NCBI GenBank assembly: GCA_963729715.1
Contig: CAVSPA010000005.1
Location: forward strand, 224,001-288,000
Reading direction: 5' to 3'
DNA length: 64,000 bases
From: an uncultured delta proteobacterium
GTDB lineage: Bacteria; Desulfobacterota; Syntrophia; Syntrophales; UBA2185
This document shows, piece after piece, positions 38,777 to 49,162 of the stretch. The position numbers and the translations under genes are program-made. Position 1 is the first letter of the stretch. Every line of letters starts with the position of its first letter. Below the pieces are notes generated by a model. The model was not told the DNA's origin. It was given only the letters and a program-made list of their open reading frames with translations, and did not search any database.

Positions 38777-38800
38777 CAAAAAATCTCCGATCGCTAAGAT
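38773..38800 (+). promoter_or_regulatory. Sigma70 promoter of tRNA-Gly
   Basis: TTGACA (38773-38778), 16 bp, TAAGAT (38795-38800). Confidence 0.55.
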
Positions 38801-38857
38801 GGCCAGCGTTATTCTTATGTATATTTATTTTCCTTAACAGTCTTTCTTCTCTTCTGA

Positions 38858-38932
38858 GCGGGCGTAATTCAGCGGTAGAATGTCAGCTTCCCAAGCTGGA
38901 CGTCGTGGGTTCGACTCCCATCGCCCGCTCCA
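38858..38932 (+). tRNA. tRNA-Gly (anticodon CCC)
   Basis: Acceptor stem GCGGGCG/CGCCCGC, D arm, anticodon loop TT-CCC-AA, GGTTCGACTCC T arm, encoded CCA end. Confidence 0.97.
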
Positions 38933-39077
38933 TTTTATCCCTATCATTATGGTGATCTTCAGAGTTTCTGTCCGGTACAAGGTTGTCTGAGTAAACAGTC
39001 GGAGATTTCCGATGGTTATCTTTTCTTCTCAATCCAAAGATGATGTTGTTTCATGTCGATGGATCGACCCCATTCAG

Positions 39078-40736
39078 TCATGAAATTGTTTTGAGCTCAT
39101 GAAAAATGGCAGCGCCCAGTTTCTCTTTTTTCGTGTCGAAGATCATTGTGCTCTTGCATCGTGCCTCTCTCGCTTCTTCGAGGAAATATTTCAGGAGATT
39201 GAGGTCGCTGCTCTTGGAGGCGCCCGATTTTAGATTCCCGGAAATCTTCGCCAACACGGAGAGGATGCCAAAGGCATAAAGGCTGAGCGTGGTCATCCGT
39301 CTCAGGAAGAATTGCCGCTCAACCACCTTTTCTCCGTGGAAGATGATTCCCAAGAGCAGCATGCGTTTGATCGTCCGTGCATTGGTTTTGACAAGTCTCA
39401 CGGCCTCCTGCACGGTTTCGTCACCGCCATCTACACGCCAGGACATCGCCGCAAAGCTGGAAAAGAAGGCCTTTATAACATAGGACCAGCGGGAGAAACC
39501 GCTGTGTGAGCGAAGCTCTTTCTTCAGACGTCCAAGGAGGAAAAGCATGGGGTAGGCGGAATGGATTTCCGTCGTTCCCTCGAATATGGGAACGACACGG
39601 AAATCGCGCATTCGCTTTTCATAGGGCTGGGTCATGAGATAGCCGGCGCCACCAGCCACCTGCATAGCATCGTAGAGGACGTCCCACGCCCGCGTGGAAC
39701 CGTAAAGCTTGCAGTGCGATGTCTCGATCACCGGGTCTTCTGTCGGCCGTGATTCGAGAATATTTGCAGTAAAATAATTAATGCACGATGTGACGAATCC
39801 ATGGACCCGGGCGTTGATTATTTTTTCCTGCACGAGAGGAAAGTTCCGGATGGGGACTCCGAACTGCATTCTGGCGTGGGCGCGCTTGAGCATGTCCTTC
39901 AAAGATATGTCTATGAGGCCGGCGCCTGCGGCGCCGAGGGCGAGCCTCCCGTAGTTGAGGATGGCCAGGGCGATCTTGTAGCCTTCTCCCGGTTTGCCCA
40001 GCATGTTTTCCACCGGGACGTGAACATTCTGAAATTGAATGGTGGCCGTGGAGCTGGCCCTGATGCCCATCTTGGGCATGTCCTTCCCTATCTTGACTCC
40101 TTCCCACGCCGTCTCCACGATGAAGGCACCCATGAACCCGGGATGCGCCGGGTCCATCTGGGCAAAGGCGGTGAGGCCTTGCGCGTAGTTTGCGTTGGTG
40201 ATGTATGTTTTCGTGCCGTTGAGGATGTAATGCTTGCCATCGGCGGAGAGTTCTGCTTTTGTCTCAATATGTCTCGCATCGGAACCGAAATTCGGTTCCG
40301 TGAGTGCGTAAGAAAATATCATATCTCCCGATGCGGCCAGCGGGAGATATTGGCGCTTCTGCTTCTCCGTTCCGTATAGTTCAATACCTTTGATGCCGAT
40401 GAAAAGGTGGGCAAGAAAAACAACTGCTGATGCCAGGTCCTGTGCAGAAATCTCTTCTACGAAACGGATGCAGTCAACAAGGTCGACGCCCAAGCCGCCG
40501 TAAGTTTCAGCAAGGCTGATCCCGAAGAAGCCCTTTTTCCTCATTTCCTCGAGCATCTCATCGGGTATGCGTCCTTCCTCTTCAATCTTCTGCGGGGAAT
40601 AGTTCTTAAACATATCCCGGTAGGATTGCAGCAAGGACTGAACCTTGTCTGAATCGACCGGCATGCGGTAGGAATCAAAGGCCGTTTTATCAAAGACGCC
40701 CTCTAATATCTTCTCCATGAAGCTGCCCGACGCCAT
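39078..40736 (-). CDS. Acyl-CoA dehydrogenase, long form with a C-terminal extension (VLCAD/ACAD9-like)
   Basis: YALTEPNFGSDA, LNGTKTYITN, KMGIRAS, LNYGR and IFEGTTEI motifs; AAAGGAG RBS before ATG 40736. Confidence 0.9.
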   Translation of the reverse strand: MASGSFMEKILEGVFDKTAFDSYRMPVDSDKVQSLLQSYRDMFKNYSPQKIEEEGRIPDEMLEEMRKKGFFGISLAETYGGLGVDLVDCIRFVEEISAQDLASAVVFLAHLFIGIKGIELYGTEKQKRQYLPLAASGDMIFSYALTEPNFGSDARHIETKAELSADGKHYILNGTKTYITNANYAQGLTAFAQMDPAHPGFMGAFIVETAWEGVKIGKDMPKMGIRASSTATIQFQNVHVPVENMLGKPGEGYKIALAILNYGRLALGAAGAGLIDISLKDMLKRAHARMQFGVPIRNFPLVQEKIINARVHGFVTSCINYFTANILESRPTEDPVIETSHCKLYGSTRAWDVLYDAMQVAGGAGYLMTQPYEKRMRDFRVVPIFEGTTEIHSAYPMLFLLGRLKKELRSHSGFSRWSYVIKAFFSSFAAMSWRVDGGDETVQEAVRLVKTNARTIKRMLLLGIIFHGEKVVERQFFLRRMTTLSLYAFGILSVLAKISGNLKSGASKSSDLNLLKYFLEEAREARCKSTMIFDTKKEKLGAAIFHELKTIS

Positions 40737-41030
40737 ACTTTGTCTCCTTTCTCTTGAGACCGTGCCCGTTACATCTCGATGGGGGTAATAATCCATCGAT
40801 AATATAGATAATGATGATTTCTTTGCGGACACATCAAGTATAAGAGGCATACATAGGAATTTCCAGCTTTTTTTGGTCATGATCGCAATAATGATCAAAT
40901 ACCTGCCTCCGGCTCCCATAGCTCCCGCTATTCATTAAATCCGATCCCTAAATAGATTCTATTTTTCTCTTGCATTGGAGATTTTTATGTGTTAGAAACT
41001 CCGTGAAAATCATCGTGTACGTTAGTGATG

Positions 41031-41056
41031 AGTGGGCTTGTGCCCACTTTTTTTTT
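41031..41056 (+). terminator. rimP leader hairpin/attenuator
   Basis: AGTGGGC-TTGT-GCCCACT followed by a T run, about 60 nt upstream of rimP. Confidence 0.75.
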
Positions 41057-41115
41057 CTTAAATGCTTGAGAACGAGGCCATGGGAAAAGGCGCCTGACTG
41101 ATGAATTGGAAATAA

Positions 41116-41595
41116 ATGGCTGATAAATCGATTACATACCGGGAAAAAATCAGAGAGCTCATTGAGCCTGTGGTCGAATCTGAAGGCATGGAAGTCGTCG
41201 ATCTTGAATGTCTGAAAATGAAATATCGGTGGCTGGTGCGTATTTACATCGACAAGGAGGGAGGGGTCACCATCGCTGATTGTTCTGAAATCAGCAAGCA
41301 GGCGGGTGATATCCTCGATGTTTATGACGTATTTCCCGGCTCTTATACGCTGGAGGTTTCTTCTCCGGGCCTGGATCGGCCTCTCACCAGAGACAAGGAT
41401 TTCATTAAATACCGCGGATCCCCCGTCCGGATCAAGACAGGAGAAAAACTCGACGGCGTGAAAAATTTTTATGGGACATTGAATGATTATCTTGATGAAA
41501 ATGGCGCAAAGACTCTGGTCGTCGATGTATCGGGAACGATTTATCACATACCGAGAGATTTGGTGGTAAAGGCACGTCTGGTTTATGAATTTTGA
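41116..41595 (+). CDS. rimP: Ribosome maturation factor RimP
   Basis: IYIDKEGGVTIADC and YTLEVSSPGLDRPL motifs. Confidence 0.95.
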   Translation: MADKSITYREKIRELIEPVVESEGMEVVDLECLKMKYRWLVRIYIDKEGGVTIADCSEISKQAGDILDVYDVFPGSYTLEVSSPGLDRPLTRDKDFIKYRGSPVRIKTGEKLDGVKNFYGTLNDYLDENGAKTLVVDVSGTIYHIPRDLVVKARLVYEF

Positions 41596-41616
41596 TGCAA
41601 ATATGGAGGACTCTCA

Positions 41617-42879
41617 ATGTTGCCAGAACTTAAACGTCTGATAGAGCAGATGGGTAAGGATAGAGGTATAGATAAAGGTGTCATTATAGAGGCACTGGAA
41701 ACGGCCATGCTGACCGCTGCGCGGAAAAAATTAGGGCTCCACGTGGAACTTGAGGCCCACTACAACGAGGAAGCGGGAGAAGTTGAAGTCTTTCAATTCA
41801 AGACCGTCGTAGATAAGGTTCTGGACCCCGATGTCCAGATTGCATTAGCTGAAGCACGTCGAACCTTGGATGAAGAAGCGGAAAGGGGAGACAGCCTAGG
41901 GATCAAGATAGAAACGAGCACCTTCGGCAGGATTGCCGTTCAGACTGCCAAGCAAATAATCATTCAAAAAGTCAAGGACGCTGAGCGGGATAACGTTTAC
42001 GATGAATACAAAGACAAGAAGGGCGAACTGGTCAGCGGCTTTGTGCAAAGATTCGACGGGGGGAATATTATCGTTAACCTCGGGAGGGCTGAAGGCGTTA
42101 TACCCACGGCGGAACAGATCTACAGAGAATCATACAAACGGGGGGAGCGGATTCGGGCATATGTGTGCGATGTGAAGAAGATAACCAAAGGACCTCAGAT
42201 CATCCTATCCAGAACTCATCCCGGTTTCCTCAAGGCCCTTTTCGAAGTGGAAGTGCCGGAGATATCTGAAGGCCTGATCGAAATTGTAAATGTGGCAAGA
42301 GAACCGGGAAAACGGGCCAAGATCTCTGTGAGAACAAAAGATAAAGATATAGATCCGGTGGGTGCATGCGTCGGCATGAGAGGTTCCCGCGTGCAAAGCG
42401 TGGTTCAGGAATTGAGGGGAGAGAAGATAGATATTGTTCCCTATTCCGTCGATAACGCCAACTATGTCTGCAGCGCCCTCTCACCGGCCAAGGTCAACCG
42501 CGTCATCATGGATGAGGACAGTCGTTCCATGGAGGTAATTGTTCCCGACGATCAACTCTCTTTGGCAATCGGCAAGAACGGACAGAATGTGAGGCTGGCG
42601 GTCAAATTGACGGGGTGGAAGATCGACGTCAAGAGTGAATCTATGGCTGCCTCACAGGAGGCGGAAGGATTCAAGTCCCTTATCAAGATTCCCGGCATCG
42701 GCGAGGCCGTGGCGGATAAGCTTTACAATGAGGGCTTCAAAAGCATCGCCATGATCGCATCAGCGGAACCTGAGATGCTGTCGGCAATTCAGGGTGTGGG
42801 AGAAAAGAGCGCGTCACAATGGATCGAAGCGGCAGTTAAGATTATAAATGAAGAGACGGCAGAAAAGAAGAGCTCCTGA
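41617..42879 (+). CDS. nusA: Transcription termination/antitermination protein NusA
   Basis: FGRIAVQTAKQ, EVPEI, DPVGACVGMRG and AIGKNGQNVRLA motifs. Confidence 0.97.
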   Translation: MLPELKRLIEQMGKDRGIDKGVIIEALETAMLTAARKKLGLHVELEAHYNEEAGEVEVFQFKTVVDKVLDPDVQIALAEARRTLDEEAERGDSLGIKIETSTFGRIAVQTAKQIIIQKVKDAERDNVYDEYKDKKGELVSGFVQRFDGGNIIVNLGRAEGVIPTAEQIYRESYKRGERIRAYVCDVKKITKGPQIILSRTHPGFLKALFEVEVPEISEGLIEIVNVAREPGKRAKISVRTKDKDIDPVGACVGMRGSRVQSVVQELRGEKIDIVPYSVDNANYVCSALSPAKVNRVIMDEDSRSMEVIVPDDQLSLAIGKNGQNVRLAVKLTGWKIDVKSESMAASQEAEGFKSLIKIPGIGEAVADKLYNEGFKSIAMIASAEPEMLSAIQGVGEKSASQWIEAAVKIINEETAEKKSS

Positions 42880-42965
42880 GAGGGGCGGAATCGAGGGTAA
42901 AACCCTCAAAGACGAACTTATGGAAAGACACATTTCTATAACCATTACATGCGAGGGTCTCAAGA

Positions 42966-45674
42966 ATGTCTAAGAAAAGGGTCTACGAGTTAGCTAAGGA
43001 ATTGGGTATCGACAGCAAGGAGCTGATATCTCGTTTGGAAAAATTCGGCATTGCTGTAAAGTCCCATTCAAGTACTCTGGAAGACGAAGATGTGGAGAAG
43101 ATACAGAAGGAATTGATATCAGGTGAACCGCATGAAATGGTCGAGCAAAGAATAAAGTCCACAATCATAAGAAGGCGGGTGGTTCGTCCCGCTGCCGAAG
43201 AAATTACAGCAGAGCCTGTCGAGGCCGAAATTCCCATAGCGCCTGAAAAAAAGAAGATTGATTCAGCAGTCCCAAAAGAGGCGAAGAAAGAGAAGGCCGG
43301 CCCCAAAGAAGTGCAGGCAAAGGTGACCGCACCTGCTGAAAAGGCGCCAAAGAAAACTGCTCCCGAAGAAGCAATTCCGCCTAAGGTTGCCAAGCCGGAA
43401 GAACCCGTCGTCAAAGATATAAAGGTGGAAAGTGAGATGAAGCCTGCTGAAGCGGTTGAAGAAATTCCAAAGAAGCCCAAGAAGAAGGTTGAGTTGGTTG
43501 AAAAAAAACCTGCACCTCCGTCAGCAGCTTCTCCAGCGGCCCCGGAAGCAAAGGAAGCGCCGCAAAAGGAAGAGAAGAAAGAGGCTGCAGCTGCTCACGT
43601 ACCCAAAGAGGCCGCTCCTGAGGTAAAGAGAGAGCCGGCGCAGAAACCGGCACTAAAGATCGTAAAGGAAATCATCCCTGCCAAGCCGGGAGAAAAGCCG
43701 GCTAAGTGGGAACCCGATAAAACCAAGATAAAGGGCAAAAAACCTGTTGAAGTCGTGATGGAAGAACTGCCGTCCGCAAGGAAAAAGGCCTTTATCAAGA
43801 AGCTCGTCGACAAGAAAGACAGGCGTGAGGACTTAGATAGAGAAGAGAGGGTTAGTAAGTGGAAGGATGGAAAAAGGCAGGTCGCTGCCAAGATGAAAAA
43901 AACCGTCATTACCACCCCGAAGGCAATAAAAAGGAGAATAAAGGTAGGTGAAGTAATAACTGTCGGTGAGCTTGCCAAAAAAATGGGCGTTAAGGCGGGC
44001 GAAGTTATTAACAAGCTGATCGGACTTGGCTTGATGGTCACCATCAACCAGGCTATCGAGATTGATGCCGCAACTCTCATTGCCGGTGAATTCGGATATC
44101 AAGTGGAATCAGTCGGAGCTGAATATGATGAGCCGCTCCAGAAAGTTGAACCTCTTTCCGAAAATCTGACAACCAGGGCGCCTGTCGTCACGATAATGGG
44201 GCATGTCGACCATGGGAAAACTTCTCTTCTCGATGCCATAAGGCGGACCAATGTAATCGCCGGCGAGGTGGGGGGTATTACTCAAGCCATCGGGGCATAC
44301 CATGTCCACATTAAAGACAGAGATATCGTTTTCCTCGACACACCGGGCCATGAAGCCTTCACGGCCATGAGGGCCAGGGGCGCCCATGTAACAGATATTG
44401 TTGTACTGGTAGTCGCGGCTGATGACGGGGTAAAGGACCAGACGATAGAGGCCATCAATCATGCACGTGTCGCAGGAGTTCCCATAATCGTTGCCGTCAA
44501 TAAGATAGACAAGCCGGGAGCGGACCCGGGCAAAATCAAGCAGGTCCTCTCCGATTATAACCTCGTCTCTGAAGAATGGGGCGGCGATACCATATACTGC
44601 GAAGTATCCGCCAAGAAAAAACAGGGTATAGAAGAGCTTCTGGAAATGATTCTTCTTCAAGCGGATGTCATGGATCTGCGTGCCGACGCCAACCGGCCCG
44701 CCCGCGGCGTCATCATCGAAGCAAAACTTGATCGTGGACGCGGGCCTGTAGCGACCGTGCTTATCGAAGAAGGCACACTGAAAGACGGCGACGCTTTTGT
44801 CTCCAAAACGGAATTTGGCAAGGTCAGGGCGCTGATTAACGACCAGGGACTGAGGGTGGAAGAGGTTGGACCGTCAATGCCGGTGGAAGTAATAGGGTTT
44901 TCCGGGGTCCCCCAGGTGGGCGCGGAGTTTATAGGTGTGGAGGATGAGAAGAAGGCCCGCAGCATCGGAGAATACTGGATAAGAAAAGAACGCGAACGGG
45001 AACTTTCCAAATCGTCAAAGATTACTCTCGAGCAATTATACCAAAAAATTAAAGAAGGGGTTAAGGAGCTCAATGTCATTATAAAGGGAGATGTGCAGGG
45101 CTCCATAGAGGCTATGGCAGACGCCTTGAACAAGCTGAGTACGGCCGATATCAAACTGAAGATTATCCACAGTTCAACAGGCGCTATCACGGAAACGGAT
45201 GTCATGCTCGCATCGGCGTCCAACGCCGTAATAATCGGGTTTAACGTTAGACCGGATAGCAGGGTTACGGACATCGCCGAACAAGAGGGCGTCGAAATCA
45301 AGTTGTATGAAGTCATTTACGACGTTATTGCGGATGTGAAAGCCGCCATGGAGGGCCTACTCGAACCAGTTTATAAGGAGACGGTAATTGGGCGGGCGGA
45401 AGTAAAAGAATTGTTCAAAGTTCCAAAGATTGGAACCATTGCCGGAAGCTATGTGACGAGCGGTAAGATTGCAAGAAATGCAAATCTTAAATTGGTACGA
45501 GACGGGGTGCAAATTTACGATGGCAAGTTACTCTCCCTCAGGAGGTTCAAGGACGACGCCAAAGAAGTGATGGAAGGATTTGAATGTGGTATCGGAATAG
45601 AGGGCTTCAATGACATCAGAGTAGGTGATGTCATCGAGGCTTATATCAATGAAGAGTTAGAAAGAAAACTCTGA
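42966..45674 (+). CDS. infB: Translation initiation factor IF-2
   Basis: RVYELAKE N-terminus, low-complexity linker, [14 protein letters not shown] and NKID motifs. Confidence 0.97.
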   Translation: MSKKRVYELAKELGIDSKELISRLEKFGIAVKSHSSTLEDEDVEKIQKELISGEPHEMVEQRIKSTIIRRRVVRPAAEEITAEPVEAEIPIAPEKKKIDSAVPKEAKKEKAGPKEVQAKVTAPAEKAPKKTAPEEAIPPKVAKPEEPVVKDIKVESEMKPAEAVEEIPKKPKKKVELVEKKPAPPSAASPAAPEAKEAPQKEEKKEAAAAHVPKEAAPEVKREPAQKPALKIVKEIIPAKPGEKPAKWEPDKTKIKGKKPVEVVMEELPSARKKAFIKKLVDKKDRREDLDREERVSKWKDGKRQVAAKMKKTVITTPKAIKRRIKVGEVITVGELAKKMGVKAGEVINKLIGLGLMVTINQAIEIDAATLIAGEFGYQVESVGAEYDEPLQKVEPLSENLTTRAPVVTIMGHVDHGKTSLLDAIRRTNVIAGEVGGITQAIGAYHVHIKDRDIVFLDTPGHEAFTAMRARGAHVTDIVVLVVAADDGVKDQTIEAINHARVAGVPIIVAVNKIDKPGADPGKIKQVLSDYNLVSEEWGGDTIYCEVSAKKKQGIEELLEMILLQADVMDLRADANRPARGVIIEAKLDRGRGPVATVLIEEGTLKDGDAFVSKTEFGKVRALINDQGLRVEEVGPSMPVEVIGFSGVPQVGAEFIGVEDEKKARSIGEYWIRKERERELSKSSKITLEQLYQKIKEGVKELNVIIKGDVQGSIEAMADALNKLSTADIKLKIIHSSTGAITETDVMLASASNAVIIGFNVRPDSRVTDIAEQEGVEIKLYEVIYDVIADVKAAMEGLLEPVYKETVIGRAEVKELFKVPKIGTIAGSYVTSGKIARNANLKLVRDGVQIYDGKLLSLRRFKDDAKEVMEGFECGIGIEGFNDIRVGDVIEAYINEELERKL

Positions 45675-45697
45675 AACGGCAATCAGGAGAAAAATAG

Positions 45698-45794
45698 GAA
45701 ATTCTAAGAATCTAAGCAGCAAGCAAATCCAGACAGAACGCATAATTTAGATATTCGGGTTTTGCATTTGTTTGGAATCGCGGATTTAGAATTC
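45698..45794. repeat. Long imperfect inverted repeat between infB and DUF503
   Basis: Arms AATTCTAA..CAAGCAAAT and ATTTGTTTG..TTAGAATT. Confidence 0.4.
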
Positions 45795-45803
45795 ATTTAA
45801 GAT

Positions 45804-46142
45804 ATGGTTATAGGATCCGGCATTATAAATTTGTTGATCGTCGAAAGCAGGTCTCTGAAGGAAAAAAGAGGCGTACTGAACAGGATATTGAAACGGACCC
45901 AAAACGAGTTTAATATTTCTATTGCCGAAATCGGGCAGAATGACCACTGGAAGAGGGCGCAGATTGGTTTTAGCCTCGTAGGGAATGATAGGCGTTATAT
46001 AAATGGAAAAATTGACCACATTCTGCAATTTGTCGACCGTCTTCACCTGGCTGAAGTGCTGAATTCAAAAATTGAGATAACCAATCTTCCCGATTCGATG
46101 GACCACCTCGAATACAACGAGGATAAGTATAATGAGTTTTAA
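45804..46142 (+). CDS. DUF503 (YlxP) family protein
   Basis: SRSLKEKR..FNISIAEIGQNDHW; typical position between infB and rbfA. Confidence 0.88.
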   Translation: MVIGSGIINLLIVESRSLKEKRGVLNRILKRTQNEFNISIAEIGQNDHWKRAQIGFSLVGNDRRYINGKIDHILQFVDRLHLAEVLNSKIEITNLPDSMDHLEYNEDKYNEF

Positions 46143-46503
46143 GAGGGCAACCCGCGTGGCAGATCTCATTATTGCGGATATTTCCGATATCCTCTTAAGA
46201 GAAATTAGAGATCCGCGCATCAAGTTAGTTACCATTACCGGCGTAAAACTGACCGATGACCTGCGCTTTGCTAAAATATTTTTTGTCGAGATGGGCAAAG
46301 ATACCTGCGACCCTGAAACAAAAACAGCACTGGAAAAGGCAACCGGTTTCTTGAAGAGGGAACTGGGGAAAAGGCTAAGGCTACGCTATGTGCCGGATAT
46401 TATTTTCGTGTGCGACGAATCATTTGCATACGGAAGCCGAATAGACAAACTGCTTGCAGAAATACAAACAACAGGGGAACCGGATATTGAAGAGAATCAT
46501 TGA
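46132..46503 (+). CDS. rbfA: Ribosome-binding factor A
   Basis: DPRIKLVTITGV..DLRFAK..LRYVP..DES motifs. Confidence 0.95.
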   Translation: MSFKRATRVADLIIADISDILLREIRDPRIKLVTITGVKLTDDLRFAKIFFVEMGKDTCDPETKTALEKATGFLKRELGKRLRLRYVPDIIFVCDESFAYGSRIDKLLAEIQTTGEPDIEENH

Positions 46504-47446
46504 CATGATAAATAAGCAAAGTTCTTTTCTTATTGCCTCGCATGTCAGACTTGATGGCGATGCGCTGGGATCGGAACTGGGCTTGTATCACATGCTTTCC
46601 AATATGGGTAAGGCGGCTACAGTTTACAATCAGGATGAAACGCCGGGCAATTACCGTTTTCTCCCCGGGAGCGAAAAGATCGTCCATAAGCTTCCCCCCC
46701 TCGAAAGATACGATGTCGCATTCATCCTCGATTGCAGTGAATTTGACAGGATCGGAGAAGAAGCTTCCCGCATCGGCAGCATGCAGCGCATCATAAACAT
46801 TGACCATCATGTCTCAAACAGGAACTTTGGGAGCATTGCTCTCATCGACCACAATGCAAGTTCCACGGCGGAGCTGCTTTACAGGCTTATGCTGAAGATG
46901 GATCTTCATATCACGAAGGAGATAGCAACCAATCTGTATGCAGCAATTATTACCGATACGGGAGGATTCTGTTACGGGAATACAAAGAAGGACACTCTTA
47001 TTGCAGCGGGAAACCTTGTGGAAAGAGGGGCCGATCCTCAATGGATTTCAGAGAATGTATATGAGAGCAATCCTCTTTCGAAGATAAGACTCTTGACAAA
47101 GGTACTCGAAACGCTTGCTTTCGACTGGGACAGAAAAGTCGGCTACATGGTTGTGTACCGGAAAGACCTTAACGATGTCGGAGCGCTGGTGGAGCATACC
47201 GAAGGCTTTGTAGATATCCCGCGCTCCATTGACGGAGTAGAAATATCCATTCTCTTCACTGAATTATCAGAGTCCCAATTCAAGCTAAGCCTTCGATCAA
47301 AAGGAAAAGCGAATGTGGAACGTGTTGCCAGAGCATTCGGTGGAGGTGGACATATTAATGCCGCGGCGTGCCAGATAGATGGAGACTTCAAGACTGCTTT
47401 ACAGCGAGTTCTGAGCGCTGTTGCCGACCTTTCATCAAATCCATGA
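46487..47446 (+). CDS. nrnA: DHH/DHHA1 phosphoesterase (oligoribonuclease/pAp phosphatase NrnA)
   Basis: HVRLDGDALGS, IDHH, TDTGGF and GGGH motifs; probable TTG start at 46487. Confidence 0.88.
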   Translation: MKRIIDMINKQSSFLIASHVRLDGDALGSELGLYHMLSNMGKAATVYNQDETPGNYRFLPGSEKIVHKLPPLERYDVAFILDCSEFDRIGEEASRIGSMQRIINIDHHVSNRNFGSIALIDHNASSTAELLYRLMLKMDLHITKEIATNLYAAIITDTGGFCYGNTKKDTLIAAGNLVERGADPQWISENVYESNPLSKIRLLTKVLETLAFDWDRKVGYMVVYRKDLNDVGALVEHTEGFVDIPRSIDGVEISILFTELSESQFKLSLRSKGKANVERVARAFGGGGHINAAACQIDGDFKTALQRVLSAVADLSSNP

Positions 47447-47524
47447 ATAGTGACTTGATGAAGAGACACTGCCTGAAGGCCCGGACTTCATAAGAAGTCG
47501 GATTCATTTTATTGCGAGCCCATC

Positions 47525-48460
47525 ATGAATGGCATCGTTGTTATCGACAAACCTCCGGGAAAGACGTCTCATGACGTGGTCGAGGATGTCAAGAAAGCCC
47601 TGTCAGTGAACAAGGCCGGGCATGCGGGCACTCTGGACCCAATGGCGACCGGTGTATTGCCCGTCTGTCTGGAAGAGGCGACAAAACTGGTGCAGTTCCT
47701 GTCAACGGATACGAAAGACTATACGGCGACTATGTTGCTGGGTGTGAAGACAGACACCCAGGATATAGAAGGCAAGGTCATCGCCCGTGACGACTCGTAT
47801 GTCATGCATGAGGACATAGAAGATATTTTTTTTCGCTTTATGGGAGAAACGGAACAGGTGCCTCCTCGTTATTCAGCTGTAAAATATAAGGGCAAACCTT
47901 TATATAAATGGGCGAGGAGGGGTATTACCATTGAACCTCCGCGGCGGATCATAGAAATATACGCGATCACGATCGATGAAGTGAATTTACCCTACATAAC
48001 TTTCAGAGTCTCCTGTTCAAAGGGAACCTATGTGAGGTCCCTGTGTTCCGATATAGGTGAAATGCTCGGTTGCGGAGCATGTCTGGCAAGCCTGCGCAGA
48101 ACAAGAAGCGGCAGTTTCTTTGAAGCGTCTGCCATACCCATCGACGAACTTGAGAATGCAGCGGGGAAATGGCCTCCAGACCACATTATTCCTTTGATTG
48201 ACGCCCTGCCCCACATCGCGGCGATTCATGTGGATCACAAATTTGCCAGGAGGTTGAGAGAAGGTTATCAGCCGGTTGCAGAAACATTGAGAATATATCA
48301 AATCCCTTCCCTTGCAGATGGAGATATGGTAAAATTCGTGGATGAAGATGGCAACCTTGTTTCTGTTGCGAAAATGCTTTGTGCATCCGACCGGATTGAT
48401 TCGATAGACGGAAAGAGGCAGGCGGCCAAGATCGTAAGAATCTTTAATGCCGACAAATGA
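47525..48460 (+). CDS. truB: tRNA pseudouridine(55) synthase
   Basis: KPPGKTSHD, GHAGTLDPMATG, PPRYSA and CSKGTYVRSL motifs. Confidence 0.96.
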   Translation: MNGIVVIDKPPGKTSHDVVEDVKKALSVNKAGHAGTLDPMATGVLPVCLEEATKLVQFLSTDTKDYTATMLLGVKTDTQDIEGKVIARDDSYVMHEDIEDIFFRFMGETEQVPPRYSAVKYKGKPLYKWARRGITIEPPRRIIEIYAITIDEVNLPYITFRVSCSKGTYVRSLCSDIGEMLGCGACLASLRRTRSGSFFEASAIPIDELENAAGKWPPDHIIPLIDALPHIAAIHVDHKFARRLREGYQPVAETLRIYQIPSLADGDMVKFVDEDGNLVSVAKMLCASDRIDSIDGKRQAAKIVRIFNADK

Positions 48461-48494
48461 ACTTATGACGGGCATTAAATCTATTTGGGCAAGA

Positions 48495-48640
48495 GTAAAG
48501 AACCCCGTGCTTCCGCACGGGGCATTAAAACTCAAAATCTAACTGCTTGGGAGCTTTTCTTCATGCTTATGATACTCAATTCCTAAAGAACGGAAACCCT
48601 TTCCTCCCCGTGCTTCCGCACGGGGTATCCAGGGTTTGAT
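48495..48640 (-). mobile_element. Internally deleted IS200/IS605-family remnant (miniature palindrome-bounded element)
   Basis: Two identical 20-bp hairpins CCCCGTGCTTCCGCACGGGG (48503-48522 and 48606-48625) flank a frameshifted minus-strand fragment, IEYHKHEEK/APKQLDFEF*, resembling a Y1 transposase C-terminus. Confidence 0.65.
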
Positions 48641-48755
48641 TTTCATGAAGGAAAAATGAAGTGCACCCTTAACAAGGTTGGGTAGTTTTCTGCTACTGTC
48701 GGAAGGATATTAACAAATTATTGGCTACGACTAATTTTAGGGAGGATATGAAGCG

Positions 48756-49022
48756 GTGTTAGATTCGGAAAAAAGAAAGGACGTCATTAACAATTTCCAA
48801 TTACATGCGGTAGACACAGGTTCACCTGAAGTCCAGATTGCCCTTCTCAGCGCCAGGATAGAATACTTGACGGAACATTTCAAGGCCCACAAAAAGGACC
48901 ATCATTCGCGCAGAGGTCTCTTGAAACTTGTGGGCAAGAGAAGACGCCTTTTGGATTATCTCAGAAAAAAGGATGTGGAGAGGTACAGGAGCGTTATTCA
49001 GCGTCTGGGACTAAGAAAATAA
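48756..49022 (+). CDS. rpsO: 30S ribosomal protein S15
   Basis: [12 protein letters not shown] and [16 protein letters not shown] motifs; GTG start after GGAGG. Confidence 0.97.
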   Translation: MLDSEKRKDVINNFQLHAVDTGSPEVQIALLSARIEYLTEHFKAHKKDHHSRRGLLKLVGKRRRLLDYLRKKDVERYRSVIQRLGLRK

Positions 49023-49162
49023 TCAAGCATCAAGTTCTGGAAGCTGAACGTAACTTCAGGTATCTTTCACATCCATTGCGGAGTCGTTCGGATTTTCGTC
49101 CTTTGGTACTATTTAAGAAACACGTATTTAGACAGAAACTTTCATGAAGAGGGAACAATTAC

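Noticed and set aside
38773..38955. 60-aa ORF after hisD
   Set aside because: Shadow ORF running across the tRNA-Gly gene and its promoter.
38933..41000. Genomic island integrated at tRNA-Gly
   Set aside because: No integrase and no duplicated tRNA 3' end seen downstream; only an acyl-CoA dehydrogenase follows.
48503..48625. CRISPR array
   Set aside because: Only two 20-bp units with an 83-bp spacer and no cas genes; better explained as IS200/IS605 ends.
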